A DNA stretch of 64,000 nt from contig NC_068989.1 of the NCBI RefSeq assembly GCF_001194135.2, positions 22,364,072 through 22,428,071 on the forward strand. The letters are read 5' to 3'. The translations under genes were made by a program, and so were the position numbers. Positions 1 through 12,871 of this stretch are shown in pieces; the first letter of the stretch is position 1; each line of letters begins with the position of its first letter. The notes under the pieces are model-generated. The model saw only the letters and a program-made list of their open reading frames with translations, searched no databases and was not told the DNA's origin. Source of the DNA: Octopus bimaculoides (Eukaryota).

Positions 1-2618
1 GGAGATGAATGTTTTGAAAACATTCTGAACTATCTTTCAGAATGGTTTACTTTTCAATGAAATGTCATTTTGTTATTTTTCATGTTTTTATTCAATTAAT
101 CTGCAATTTTCTTCTTGTATTAGATGGATAACCCACCCTCCATTTACAGCAAGTAGCGAGCGTCTCGTTTTTTACCTGTGTGCTAAATTTGACTACTTAT
201 GACTAACACGGGCACATGCGCAAATTTGTGACATGCATACTCCCAGAACTCGGATCCACACTTCTCCAGTAGTGCCAAATTTTGAAACTGAGTTTGCACC
301 CCCTAAGCAAATTTTGTTCCCGGGCCACTGGTCACACATAATCGTTTATGACAGAAACAAATAATTATGATTGCTGTTTTCAGTGGAAAATATATTTACA
401 GGCTTGATAAATAAATAATGTGAATTTTGTCAGTTATATACTGGCGTTCACAATGTCAGATATTTTACCTTACAGCAATCAAACTTGTTGACAAACTCTC
501 TCAGATTTTATTTGTGTGTAACAAGTTCTGATAATTAAAACAAGACAACTGGACCTATGCAAATAATTTGACATAATTCACTAATTTTGAAGTGACAGAG
601 AGAGAGAGAGAGATTGAAGAATTGCTGATTCTAGGATTATCTTAATTAAAGTCAATATACATAATTAAGAAGTAGGAAAATGACCAGCATCGTTCAGTTA
701 TTTCAATAAGATTAATCTTAACCAAATTAATTCCACAGAAACAGAGATTAGCAGTATGAAATAATTACCAAAGTAAAGTGTGTAAACAATCACAATAAGA
801 TATAATACAGCAAATAAAAACTACAGTTATCAAAAGTATTATCATCATTTATTGTCCATGCTGCTATGAATTGAACTATTCCCCAGGATCTGCTGAATCA
901 GAGGCCTGTACCAAGCTTCAATAGAAGCTTTGGCATAGTTTCTATGGCTGGATAACCTTCCTAATACCAACCACTACTGGATGCTTTTGTTGTGGTACCA
1001 GCTCTGTTGAGGTCATTATGTAACATGCAAAACTAAAACAACTGAGAAGGGGAAGGCTTTATTCTAAGTGCTAAGAAGCTAAAATATGATAGAAGGGACA
1101 AGAACAGGTTTCTAGCTGTACAGGAGATACATAGCAATCTTGCTTTATATGAATCCAAAATATTTCTGCCCAACCCATGCCAGCATATGTGATGATGATA
1201 ATGAACTATGATACATTAAAAAAAATCAAATAATCATGAAACAAATATTGATCTGCTAAAGAGAAATACCTTGATATTAGAAACTGTTATTGGATTGAAT
1301 TGAACATTTCTCAGAATAATTCTCAAAACTTTATAGAAATTCCTAAATGTTTGGCTCCACTATGTAGTTTGGAAATCTACAATTTTAGGAGAAAACAAAA
1401 ATTCTATCATGTGAAACATGAGATTACTATTTCTGTAATTAAAAAAAAACTATTATGACTTAGTAACAAACACACCTGGATCAAATAATGGTCAAACAAT
1501 TTTAGTTTTCAAAAAACTGAAAATGAAACTCTTGGTTATAGTTAGACAAATAACAAATAATGGCCATGTTGAAAGATTGGCATCGTTTTCAAATACATTA
1601 AAAACATCCATTTTGGTATCAACTTTTATCAACCTCCAAGAAAGTCTTTGGTATAGTCATTAAGCATAAAATTTCAGTTGGTGCAACAGCTGAAGCCAGT
1701 AGCCTATACTCCATATCATAATATGCAGTCAGAGTTCATGACATTTGACCCAAGATTCATTAGGAAGGATCATGGATTTGTATCCTAATCTCTAACAGAC
1801 GTAAATCTTATTGAGTTGCAGTAAAGAGAACATGATAAAATAATTTATTATAGAATCAAGACCAAGACAAGGATGCAGCTCTTCTCCTTGGTGTATTCAT
1901 GAATTCTCTTATAAAAGCATTGGAAAGCTTACACATGAATTCAGTGAAGAAATAAATAGCAGGCAATTCCAAAATCTTGAGTTTGTAGATGTTGTAGTAG
2001 TATAGTCATGTAGGGTAATGATCCGAAAGAAAGACAAAGAAGCATGGATCTGTTAATAACTAGTGTAGAGGAAAAAGTATAGTGAAAGTGAAAGTAAGAA
2101 CACAAACTTGAATGAAAAAGAACAGCATGAGCAACTACCTAAAGCAAAACTGTTAATGCTAACAGTGCAAGCCAACAATATTAAATATGATGTGCAGTTT
2201 GCTTTTCACATGAGTTGTAATTGAGAGAAAGAGAAGATATGAAGAGAAAGAAAAAACAGACCAGGTCAGAGAATCTAATAACAGGAATCATCAACATCAT
2301 CATCATCTACTGTCCACTTTTCCATGCTTGTACAGGTCAGACTGAATTTCTTGAGGCAGAATATAAAGTACAAATGCACAATTGTACATTTTCAATATGA
2401 AATACTCTGTTGAATTTAACATGTATTTGTGAAAGTTGTAGACAAACTGATTGAGAAGAAAAAAAAATTACGATTCAGAAGAGAAATTTTTTGGAGGAAA
2501 TTAATGTAAAAGATTTAAAACTGCCAAGGACATGAAAAACATACCTGAGATCCTATTGTTTTGGTATAACCCTGAACTGATCTCGAACTAATTTTCTTCA
2601 TTTGTTGTATTTTAACTA

Positions 2619-2802
2619 TGAGGGGATGCTGAAAAGTTCCTGACTTTGAATAAAAGAAAATACTGGCGGATCAGTTAATCATGATTTTATTCAACATATC
2701 TCCTTCTCAGATTCACATTTATTGCAAAGAACTTGGAAGATTGGGTCTCCAACCAGGCCTTTCGTGATATCCTTAAAGCCAGGGACTTTTCAGCACCCCT
2801 TT
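2619..2802. mobile_element. Mariner-derived MITE (~185 bp)
   Basis: TA|TGAGGGGATGCTGAAAAGTTCCTGACTTT ... AAAGCCAGGGACTTTTCAGCACCCCT imperfect TIRs; no ORF. Confidence 0.7.
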
Positions 2803-4200
2803 GTGTTGTTCCTTGATACTTTCATAACTTGGTCCATCAGATGATGCCTTTGTAGTTGTTTCATTCTAGAAGATCCTTTGCCCTTACAACAGTTGATGAT
2901 ATCATTATTCCAGTCTTTTGGAATAACCCCTTTCTGTACAACTTGATTAAGCAGTATGTAACATACTTTCTTGGATATTTTAAACCTAACAGTAACCATT
3001 GCAGATGATCCATTTGTTTTCTTACTTTCATGTCCTTCACAGTTATTTCAATTGTATAGCTGCTGATCTGAAAAGCTGATCCCTCTGGTGAACATACTTA
3101 GTCCATATATCTCTCAACTATTCTCCTCATTCAATAACCTCTTGTAAAAGCACCTGTATGCCTCTCTCATCTCAACATCTCAACCAATTATGTCCCAGTT
3201 TGTACTAACACAGCATTTTGCAAACTGGAAAACCTTGTGCTATCACATAACATTGACAAACCACTTGCTTTTCATTTCCCTTCTTACTAAGTACACCTGT
3301 CATCAAACTTCTCTTCTAGCTACCTGATATTGTTCTTTACTCTCCACTTCCATTAACTGTTTCTAGACCTGTTATTTAGCATTCATCTAACTGAAACATT
3401 GCTTCATCTACAGATCTGATCTGTGACTTGCAACAAGTTCTCTCACAGAACTCTCACAAGTTCTCTCACAGCACCTTGTGCTATCACATAACATTGACAA
3501 ACCTCTTGCTTTTCATTTCCCTTCTTACTAAGTACACCTGTCATCAAACTTCTCTTCTAGCTACCTGATATTGTTCTTTACTCTCCACTTCCATTAACTG
3601 TTTCTAGACCTGTTATTTAGCATTCATCTAACTGAAACATTGCTACATCTACAGATCTGATCTGTGACTTGCAACAAGTTCTCTCACAGAAACTCCTGGT
3701 TGTCTCTTATAAAGTCTCTATCTCCTTCTCCTTAGAATAAGATCACCCACCTAGTACTTTTTTAAACCTAAAGCTGGCTGAAAGATTTTTCAGTTTGCAA
3801 ACCTTCTTTCCCCAGATTGTTTAGTGTCTCTGGTTCTTTAACTAATATCACTAAATGCTATTCTATATCGACTGATACATGCTTCATCAGGGTAAGACTA
3901 AGTATTCACAACCATCTACTATTCTGTTTCCTGGTGATTATGAAGTCTGTTTAGCTGGTGGATGATCAGGTGGCTGGCTAGTTTCTCGAAGTTGATGTTA
4001 CATATCATTAAGTCATTTGTATTACAGAATCCAAGAGCTTTGATTCCTCTTCATTCCATATACTATAACCATAGTATAACCAACAATTATGGGGCTACCC
4101 AACATGTCCATTAAAGCTACTGCTCATAATACTGAGGTTACTGTCATCTGAGGTTGTCAATAAGAAGGATTATTAGAAACAATCTTTTTTTCATGTCAGT
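2803..4200 (-). pseudogene. Highly decayed RTE LINE fragment
   Basis: ORF 2790..2999 (LLNQVVQKGVIPKDW..INCCKGKG..LMDQVMKV) parallels the RTE at 44100-44250; adjacent sequence resembles the APE-RT linker. Confidence 0.7.
3233..3700. repeat. Tandem duplication, ~240-bp period
   Basis: CCTTGTGCTATCACATAACATTGACAAACC...CAAGTTCTCTCACAGAA occurs twice with only a few mismatches. Confidence 0.9.
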
Positions 4201-4283
4201 CTTAACTAAAATGCAAGTGCACAGATTACAGTTGCTGTAATGTCACCTATAGCTAGTATAAATTTAATTATTCTGTTACATAT

Positions 4284-4684
4284 CCTCTTTTACTCTTTTA
4301 CTTGTTTCAGTCATTTGACTGCGGCCATGCTGGAGCACCGCCTTTTGTCGAGCAAATTGATCCCAGGACTTATTCTTTGTAAGCCTAGTACTTATTCAAT
4401 CAGTCTCTTTTTCTGAACCGCTAGGTTACGGGGACATAAACACACCAGCTTCGGTTGTCAAGCGATGTTGGGGGGACAAACACAAACACACACATATATA
4501 CATACATATACATATATACAATGAGCTTCTTTCAGTTTCCGTCTACCAAATCCACTCACTTTGGGCTTTGGTCGGCCTGAAGCTATAGTAGAAGACACTT
4601 GCCCAAGGTGCCATGCAGTGGGACTGAACCCGGAACCATGTGGTTGTTAAGCAAGCTACTTACCACACAGCCACTTCTGTGCCT
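4284..4684 (-). mobile_element. tRNA-derived SINE family C (internal CA/TA microsatellite)
   Basis: Head GGCTGTGTGGTAAGTAGCTTGC...GGTTCAGTCCCACTGC. Related copies at ~12215-12595(-), 26505-26870(-), 34435-34815(+), 37177-37637(+), 40750-41045, 51930-52235(+), 59645-60101(-), 61850-62160(-), 62470-62625(+). Confidence 0.85.
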
Positions 4685-7600
4685 AATAACATTTTGGCAT
4701 TCTTTATCAGTTCATTTTGCTGTCAGTAATATGCCCGTTTCAAATACTCTAATGCTGTTCCCTTCCTAGAAAATTAGTATTTCTTGCTTATGAAGAATTT
4801 CGCCGTTTCCTATATCTCTGTTTCTTATATACATCATCTACATATTTTAATTGTAGGATCTCTACATTCTCCCCAAATCTACCATTCCTGTTGATGGTAG
4901 CAGTACTAAGTAGTTGTAATTGACAAGAGGAGAGGGTTTTGGAAATTTTTTTTTGATGTCTATTTTCTGCATCTGAAATAAAATGTATTGGAACGATCAT
5001 CTGGCAAAGAACAAGCATTTTATAGATGACCAGATGGTCTCACTTGGTCACTCCACTACTGTGCACTGTATTGTACTAACACGGTAAATGTTAACCCTGA
5101 ATATGCAATTAGAGTTTTTCCTTGATTTGGTTACCTTGATTTGACTTTCATCCACATTTTTCAGCTGTTTGATGACAAAATTCCAGAATGATAAAAACGG
5201 TAGGGAATAGCAAGCAACTTTATCTTAGAGTTAAATGTATTTAAAATCAATTCACAACTGAACAACCATGACCACAGCAAGCTCAATATCGTTGTATACC
5301 TACTGTTGACTTCATCTTTCAAAGAGCTTTCCATCAGACTGTGTTAAAAGCTGAAGTGCAAGTGAAAGAGGAATTGGTATTTTTTTTTGCTTTACAGTTG
5401 TCATCATCATTTCATGTTCACTTTGCATGCTGGCATGGGTTGGAGAGTTCAACAGGATTCTTTGGGTCAGAAAACCACATCTCACTCCAGCGTCTCAAGT
5501 TTGTCATGATTTTTATATTGGATGCCCTTCCTAATGCCAACCACTAGGAATTTTTCTTCACAGTACTAGCACAAGTGAGGTTGCCTTGTAACTCACAAAA
5601 CTAAAGAACCCTTTGACTGAGGGGAAAAATAGTAGGGAGGGAGGAGGTGGCTTTATGTGAAGTGCTGAGGAATTGTATGGTAGAAAGGGTTGAAGCAGGT
5701 TTGCAGTTGAGGAGAAGATCCATAGCTACCCCACATTATATATAGGTGAGTAGGAGTAAATTGGGTGGAGCTGGAAAGAAAGTTAAAGATGGTGGTGAGG
5801 AGGTGTCAGCATATTTTCAAGGTGCAGGAAGATGACCAGAAGAAAGTGTGGTCACAGAAGATTAGGAAACATGGGTAGGTGAAGATTACAAAAATGCTGA
5901 GAAAATGAGAGCTGTTTAGAAAAGGGGCAGGAGTGAATGTAGTGAATAGTGAATAAGAGAGGGAGTGGGTGGTAAATAGTAAATATGAGTTGGGGAGGGT
6001 GAAAGAATGAGAGATGAATGTCAATAGAAGTGGCTCAGAGGAGAGGAAGTGATGACTGGCAATGCAGAAAGGGTGATAAGCAGCATCTGACTATGAAAAA
6101 GAAATGGCATTGTTTGTGTCTAGTAAATTTAATACCCAACCAACTTCCTCTCATCTTCAGTTTTACTGTCCATTCCATCAAGGAGGATTCTACCAAATAT
6201 ATTTCCTAATATTGATAAAAATGTAATTGCACTGTGGTTTAAGGAGTTTTGCTTGTCACCCCTTCCATGAAATGTGTTACCAGCATGTAAGGCTAGTCTT
6301 TTAGCAACTTTTCTTACTTATGACTTACGTTAAATAATACATTACATACTAACCGTCTGTTCTCCTCCAAATACTATGACTTTGGCACCGATGGCATCAA
6401 CACTAAAGCTTAACAGAGACAAACTTAGTATAAGAGGAATCAGTTGGAGTGAGCAAGAGATGAGACTGTGGTGTGAATGGAAGATAGCAACTGCATAAGC
6501 AAGTGCCAAGTGCACAAAGCAGGTGGTACCTGTGAAGGATGGGGACTGAGAAAGACTTGGGATGCAGTAAGATGATCTCAAGATATTACATATGAAGAAA
6601 GGGATGACTGAAGACCATGTTGACTGGTTGATGTATGCTGTGGCAGAAAACCTGATATTCTGCACAAGCTTAGTGCATGCATCTCCACCCATTATATACC
6701 CTCACATGCCATAACCATCACTGTACTTATTCTATGCCCTTTCATCACCTCTACTCAGCATGTCATTACACACATGACTTAGAGGCAAATTCTTAGTTTG
6801 TACCTATTGAATATCTCCCTTCACCATCTATATCTTGCTACCCCTCCTCCCGCCCAAACCATGATTCTTGAATGAAGAGGGTCTGCATGCTGGCAACTTT
6901 TGCCCACCCTCCCCGATTCTCCTGCCACCATGTTCTCTTGGACATGCAACCTTTAGAGTAAAAGCTTGGCCCCTCATCACCGTCTTATCTCTCCTCCTCA
7001 CAGCTCTACTCACCCATATATAACAGAGTAGCACTGCATTCCTTCCAACTCAACTTCCTTGTTTTCCCTTCTTATTGTCCTTATCATTCTGATTTTCTCT
7101 CAATCTTCTCACACTTGCTTTCTCTTCCCTTCCTATCATCCATTTCCATCTTAACTTTCCTTCATATACCACTTTATCTATTCATGTATCTACATCTACT
7201 CAACATTCCCTACTATCTCTCACTAGGGAAGGACATCCAACCGAAGAAATTGGAGCAAACCATCCAACCCATGCTAGCAAGAAAATTGGACATAAAATGA
7301 TGATAATATTCAAATGTATATATGTATATGTGCATATGCAGGCACATGCAAAGCTTGTTTTACTATGTTAGAATGGTCAGATGATTCTGAAACGTTAGAC
7401 TTTGCATAAGAATTGTTGGAGCACAGGACTCAATGCAGAAAAACTAAGTTCAATGCAAATCCCAAGGTCAGAACAACATCTATTTTCAGCAAAGTGCCAA
7501 ACAGTGAGACAATGTTTAGATCTAGGTTTGAACTCATAAGCGCATGACCTTTTATTCCATCCAGTAAAATGAGGCAAGATATCACAACTACACCATAGTA

Positions 7601-8422
7601 CTTTACATGCTTTCTACATCTTTGAGAGAACTTTTGGAATTATTGGTAGTCGGATATATGACCTGTCAATTAGAGCTGTCGATTCATTCTCAGAAGTCAA
7701 CAACTTGACATTTATTACTCATAAAAGTTATTTAAAAAAAAACAACAAAAATTGAAATGGGAAACAATAAGTTAAAAGTTTGATTAAACTAATTAAAAAC
7801 AAAGAAAAATATGAATAAATACACTAAAAGACATCAATTTGTCTGTGAAATGTCAACTAGTAAATGCAAAATTCTCAAACTTGCAGAAAGAATTAAAATA
7901 ATATTAGTCTTTGACTAATATTGTTTTTTCGTCAACACATAATTGTTTCTAGTTAGCTTTTTAATACCTCCTGTATTAAATCTGCTAACACTAATACAAC
8001 TAGTAAATGCAAAAACCTATGTGTACAGATGTGGCTTTCTACAGATACAAGTAACATATCAATCAAATATGGAGATGAGAAGTGATCATAGCTTTGTTTG
8101 TTTGTTTTTTTCTGTTTTTTTTACAAATGGTTATACAAGATAAGAAGGGATTGTTTACAACTTTACGTTTTTGACTGTCGTATATTACAGGCAACCGTTG
8201 ATATTTAGGACAACTGTCTCTCAGGGTGCTGAGATTTCTGCTCACCATTGCTAATACATGGTAGAGATCTCATCTCTCAGTCTGAGCACATCAAGTCAAT
8301 CAGTTCTTGGTGAAAGCTACAAGAAACTGAGAGCAGATGCTGGAAGGATAAAATCAAGCTCTTGGTTCTTTGTTTGAAATATGTTCCATTCCATTGTTTT
8401 CCTTGGCAATGTACTTGAACTT

Positions 8423-8527
8423 TCAAGACTGAGTCTTCTTGGTTGGATTCTTTTTCATATTCTGTTCATATTCTTGAAACTGGTTTTCATAATAATTCAG
8501 AGCTGATTCAGCTGGTGCTAATAAGTT
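8423..8527 (-). CDS. PDE9A: PDE9-like last coding exon
   Basis: catttctttcag|AAC...TCT TGA; 105 nt; [34 protein letters not shown], matching the C-terminal helix of the domain. Confidence 0.85.
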   Translation of the reverse strand, partial: NLLAPAESALNYYENQFQEYEQNMKKNPTKKTQS

Positions 8528-11500
8528 CTGAAAGAAATGAAGAGAAAGAGGAAAATATGTCAAAATTTATATGAAGACAAAATGTTAAATGTATGGAAAT
8601 TGACTGAAAATTTGTGTATAGTTTGGTGGTTTAAAGAACTGTGCTGGAGTCTTCTACAATAATAATGGTTCTTACATTGATACAGACACTGTTGATGACA
8701 GTTGTTGCTTAGCATCAAGTTAGCTATAATGGAATACATGCATGATCAAAAGGTATTCACAAGCCATAACCAGCTTTCCTTCTTGTTTCTAGGACTACAT
8801 TTTCCAATGTTATTTGTGAGACACTTTGATGCTATCTCTAGCAACTTCAACAACCACACGCAGATACTTTAGAGCTCAAATAAGAGATCAACACTTCATT
8901 TTCTCTTCGATGACGATAAAGGTGATGATGATGACAGTGATGGTAATGATGGTGGTGGTGCTGATAGTGACGGCTATGACGGTGGTAATGATAATAATGA
9001 TGATGGTGTTGATGCTGATGACAATGAATGATAGTGACGTCAACAACAAAACAATGAGAATGATCATCTCAGCCTGATATGACACTGAGAAACTACAAAC
9101 AAATCAGCCCAACTGCAAGAAAAATAAAATGAGCTGCACATTGACAGAACAAAATCCGTGAACATACCATTGCCTTGGGGAAGCACTGACAGAGGGCCTT
9201 GACTAAAGGGATCAATACATTGGCTATGAAGTGGACCTGAGATTTAGATTTCACATGTGTGTCTCTATCCATGAAACTAGTCACAGGTAATCCTTCGAGT
9301 TTCTCAGTATCACTCTGTCAAATAAAAACAGAAATCATTAAACGGTTAATACACCAGATAACATACTTTTTTTTATAAAAAAAAAATATCAAAATGTTTA
9401 ACTTATGATTTCCCAATGGGACACTTTATATGATAAAAAAAAATTTTAATTATATAACAACAATAAATAAGTTGTCAGAACGGTGGCCCCTATGTGGTTG
9501 TATGATCTGCTAGAAATAGCAGCCATATCTTCTTAAATCTCACTTCTTCAGTCTTTAAAAAGGAAGGTCATATTCTTACATGAAGCAGTCTTAGATACAG
9601 AGACATACTTGCATAGCAAGTGACTTGATCTAAGATCGTGTGCTGAAACAAAAACAATTGCAGCATGGAAGATGTTTGTAAGCCACTCAAGAACACACAA
9701 AAACCAGGCAATTTTGTCAGTGAACAGGTCGTGGTTTCAAAGCGACGAAAATATTTTGACACAAATTAAATTTAAATGTTGAAGTGAAACTAACGGTTTT
9801 TGTGTGTTCTTGAATGGCTTACAAACATCTTCCATGCTGCAATTGTTGTTGCTTGAGTCTAAAAACCAACAAAAAAGAAATAAGATAAGATAGTCATGAC
9901 TGAAATGTTTCTGTTCATAGATGTATTCGATTAGGGCTGACTTGGTGTTACATAAAATAATTGACTCTATTGTTGCACTGAACAAATTCCTTTTTAAGTT
10001 GTCTGACTGTTTTGATTTCCAGACAACGTTCAGTTTGTTGAAGGCTTGGCTATTCAAGTTTTTACATCTTTTCCAGTTGAGGCTATCTCAGAAGTGAAGT
10101 ATGCAAAATCATCAAATTGATTGATGGGGTCTTCTCTGATATGGAGCAACAGCCAGGATGCATACCAAAAACTAAAATCCAAGCTAGATGGAACTTAGAC
10201 CCGAATGTTAAGAGCAATCTGAAACATGTCTTGGAGAACTCATTCTGTTAAGACACAGCTGTATGGAGATCACCTGCCTATTTCCACCATTATAAGGGAA
10301 AGGCATTTGTGCTTTGTAGGATATTGCTGGTGAGCTAAACAAGAACTGGCAAGTGAGCTTCTGCTATGTATGTCAAAGCATAGTTGTACTTAAGCAGGTC
10401 GTCCAAATACAACACATATTGACCAACTCACAAGAGACACTGGATGCCTTGCTAAAGACCTCCCTCAAATAATGTAGGACTGAGATGGATGGCATGCATG
10501 GGTTAAAAATTTGAGCAAGCTTGAGCAGATGATGAGGAGGATGGTGCTATATAACAACAATAATAGCATGTGTAAATGTTACTATCAATTCCAATGTAAA
10601 GTCACAGAGATGTCAGCCTCTGACATATGACAAGGGGGCTGCTTGCTACAACATCAACAGTAGAAACAGTAATAACAGCTACAGATCAATATCAACATCA
10701 CTATCATCCCCCAATGTCCATTTTCCATGCTGGCATAGCTTGGCCAGTTTGACAGGAACTAGCAAACTAGAAGACTGCACCAAAATCTGCTGTCTGCTTT
10801 GGTATGGTTTTTATGGCTGGATGCCCTTCCTTCTGCCAAGCACTTTACAGAATGTACTGGATGCTTTTTATGTGGGACTAGCAGCAGTGAGGTCACCAAG
10901 TAACTTTCAGGACAAGACCCCTCAACTGAGGGCAGGGAGAAGTATTGAGGGACAGAAAAGGTGTCTTTCATTACAGGAAAAATATGGTTACCTTAGTGGA
11001 GAGTGAAAAGACGGTGAAGATGTCACAGGGAAGGAGCAGAAGCCATATAACCAAGTTACAGCATGGTGTGTATAATGAAGTGGATCAGGAATTGGAGAGG
11101 GTGAGTGGATGAGCCAATTTTTCTGAGAGCTAATAAGGTCTTTGTATGAGCTAACAAGGCTTCTCCACATGGGCTAATGAGGTAGTCTCTATATGCACTG
11201 ATGAGGAAGTCCCAATGTAAACTAATGAGAGTTTCTGTGTGAGCTAACAAAGAAAGTTTCAACATAATCTAATGAAGGAATTTCTATGTGAACTAATGAA
11301 GAAGCTTCTATGCAGTCACTTACTTGCTAAAAATAGCAACCAAATATTCCTCAAATCACACTCAACTGTCTAGGGAAGCACATTGATAATATAATTCCAA
11401 ATACAGTATGTAAAAATATGGGATGGTCACAACTGAGACAGTTTTCAGCATGGGTTTTGGGAGATCAAAGCTTACTTGGGGTTTAACAACAAGGACAACA

Positions 11501-12831
11501 ACAACAGCTGTATTATAAAATAATCTACAATTTAATAACAGACCTGTGCAAAGAACTCATTCAACAGACAGTCCAACCATGGCTCAGCAACAGTAGGAGG
11601 TCGGAGTTCATTTGAAATATCTGCAACTTTTATAAGCACTGACATCAACTAAAAAATATGCGGAAGAAAATAAAATTTGTTACATTTTAATAAAATCAAA
11701 AATCAAAAGCAAAAAAAAAAGCCCCCAACAAATTAACAACAAAGTGTGAGAAAAAACAGATATAGGTAACTGGTGGTGGTCTGCAGTAGGAAAAATTATG
11801 CAGTGTTGTTGGTGAAGAGAAGAGAAATTTGAACAGTTGGTACTGGTCCTTTGTCTGAGAGAGTGGGAATTTTAATTTCTTTAATTCTTTTTTTTAATGT
11901 TGAAATATTTTATTCCTTTCACACTCAGGCAAAGAACATTCATGAATCACCAGTGTCCCCATATACCAACAGCATATGAATTTAGCTAAATTCACATACT
12001 ACAAAATAAAATGGTAGTTTCGTATAATAATGTTGTTTTCTGTCAGTAAAATGTAAGTAAAAACAGCAAAGTGATGAAAATAAATGTGGTTGGAAATGGT
12101 GAATATCTTTCCAATAATGTCAACAGAATGGAATAATTGTGTTTGCCATGAGATGAAAAAAAGTGTTCTAAGGTTTCAAAAAAGATCCTCCATAAAATAT
12201 TAAAATTTAATTATTTTATTCATTTAAATGTTTCAGTCATTAGATTGCCACCATGTTAGAACACTGCCTTCCAGTGTTTAATGAAACAAAGTGTCTACAG
12301 TATTTATTTTAAGTTTGATACTTCATCTATCAAGTCCTGTTGCTGAAATGCTAAATTATGAGGATGTAGATAAATGAACACCAGTTGCTAAGCAATGGAG
12401 TGAGGGACAAACACGAGTGTATACACACACACACACACACAGAGGCTTCCACAGAAATTTTGTCAACCAAATTTATTCACAAGGTATTGGCCAGCCAGGG
12501 GATATAGCAGATGATTCTTGCCCAGATGACCATGCAGTGGGACTGCCTGTTAAACTGCATGGCTGCAAAGCAAGATTGTTAAGCACGTTGCCATTCAATA
12601 GTTATTATGAACATCACAAGCATTTATTATTATTAATATCAAAGGACGATAAAGTTTTTCTACAATTCTATATTTAAGAGATGAGGAATTATGTACAGTA
12701 TTTACATTTGATGGATATTTGTCCTCATCTTGTGTGTTGTTAACGTGTTTCGGCTGATATACCCTCCAGCCTTCATCAGGTATCTTGGGGAAATTTTGAA
12801 CCTGGGTTCTCATTCCTAAGGTATTTTTCAA

Positions 12832-12871
<40 letters not shown>

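Noticed and set aside
3860-3895. CTGATGAAGC on the minus strand (possible third hammerhead)
   Set aside because: No convincing stem II or GAAA follows.
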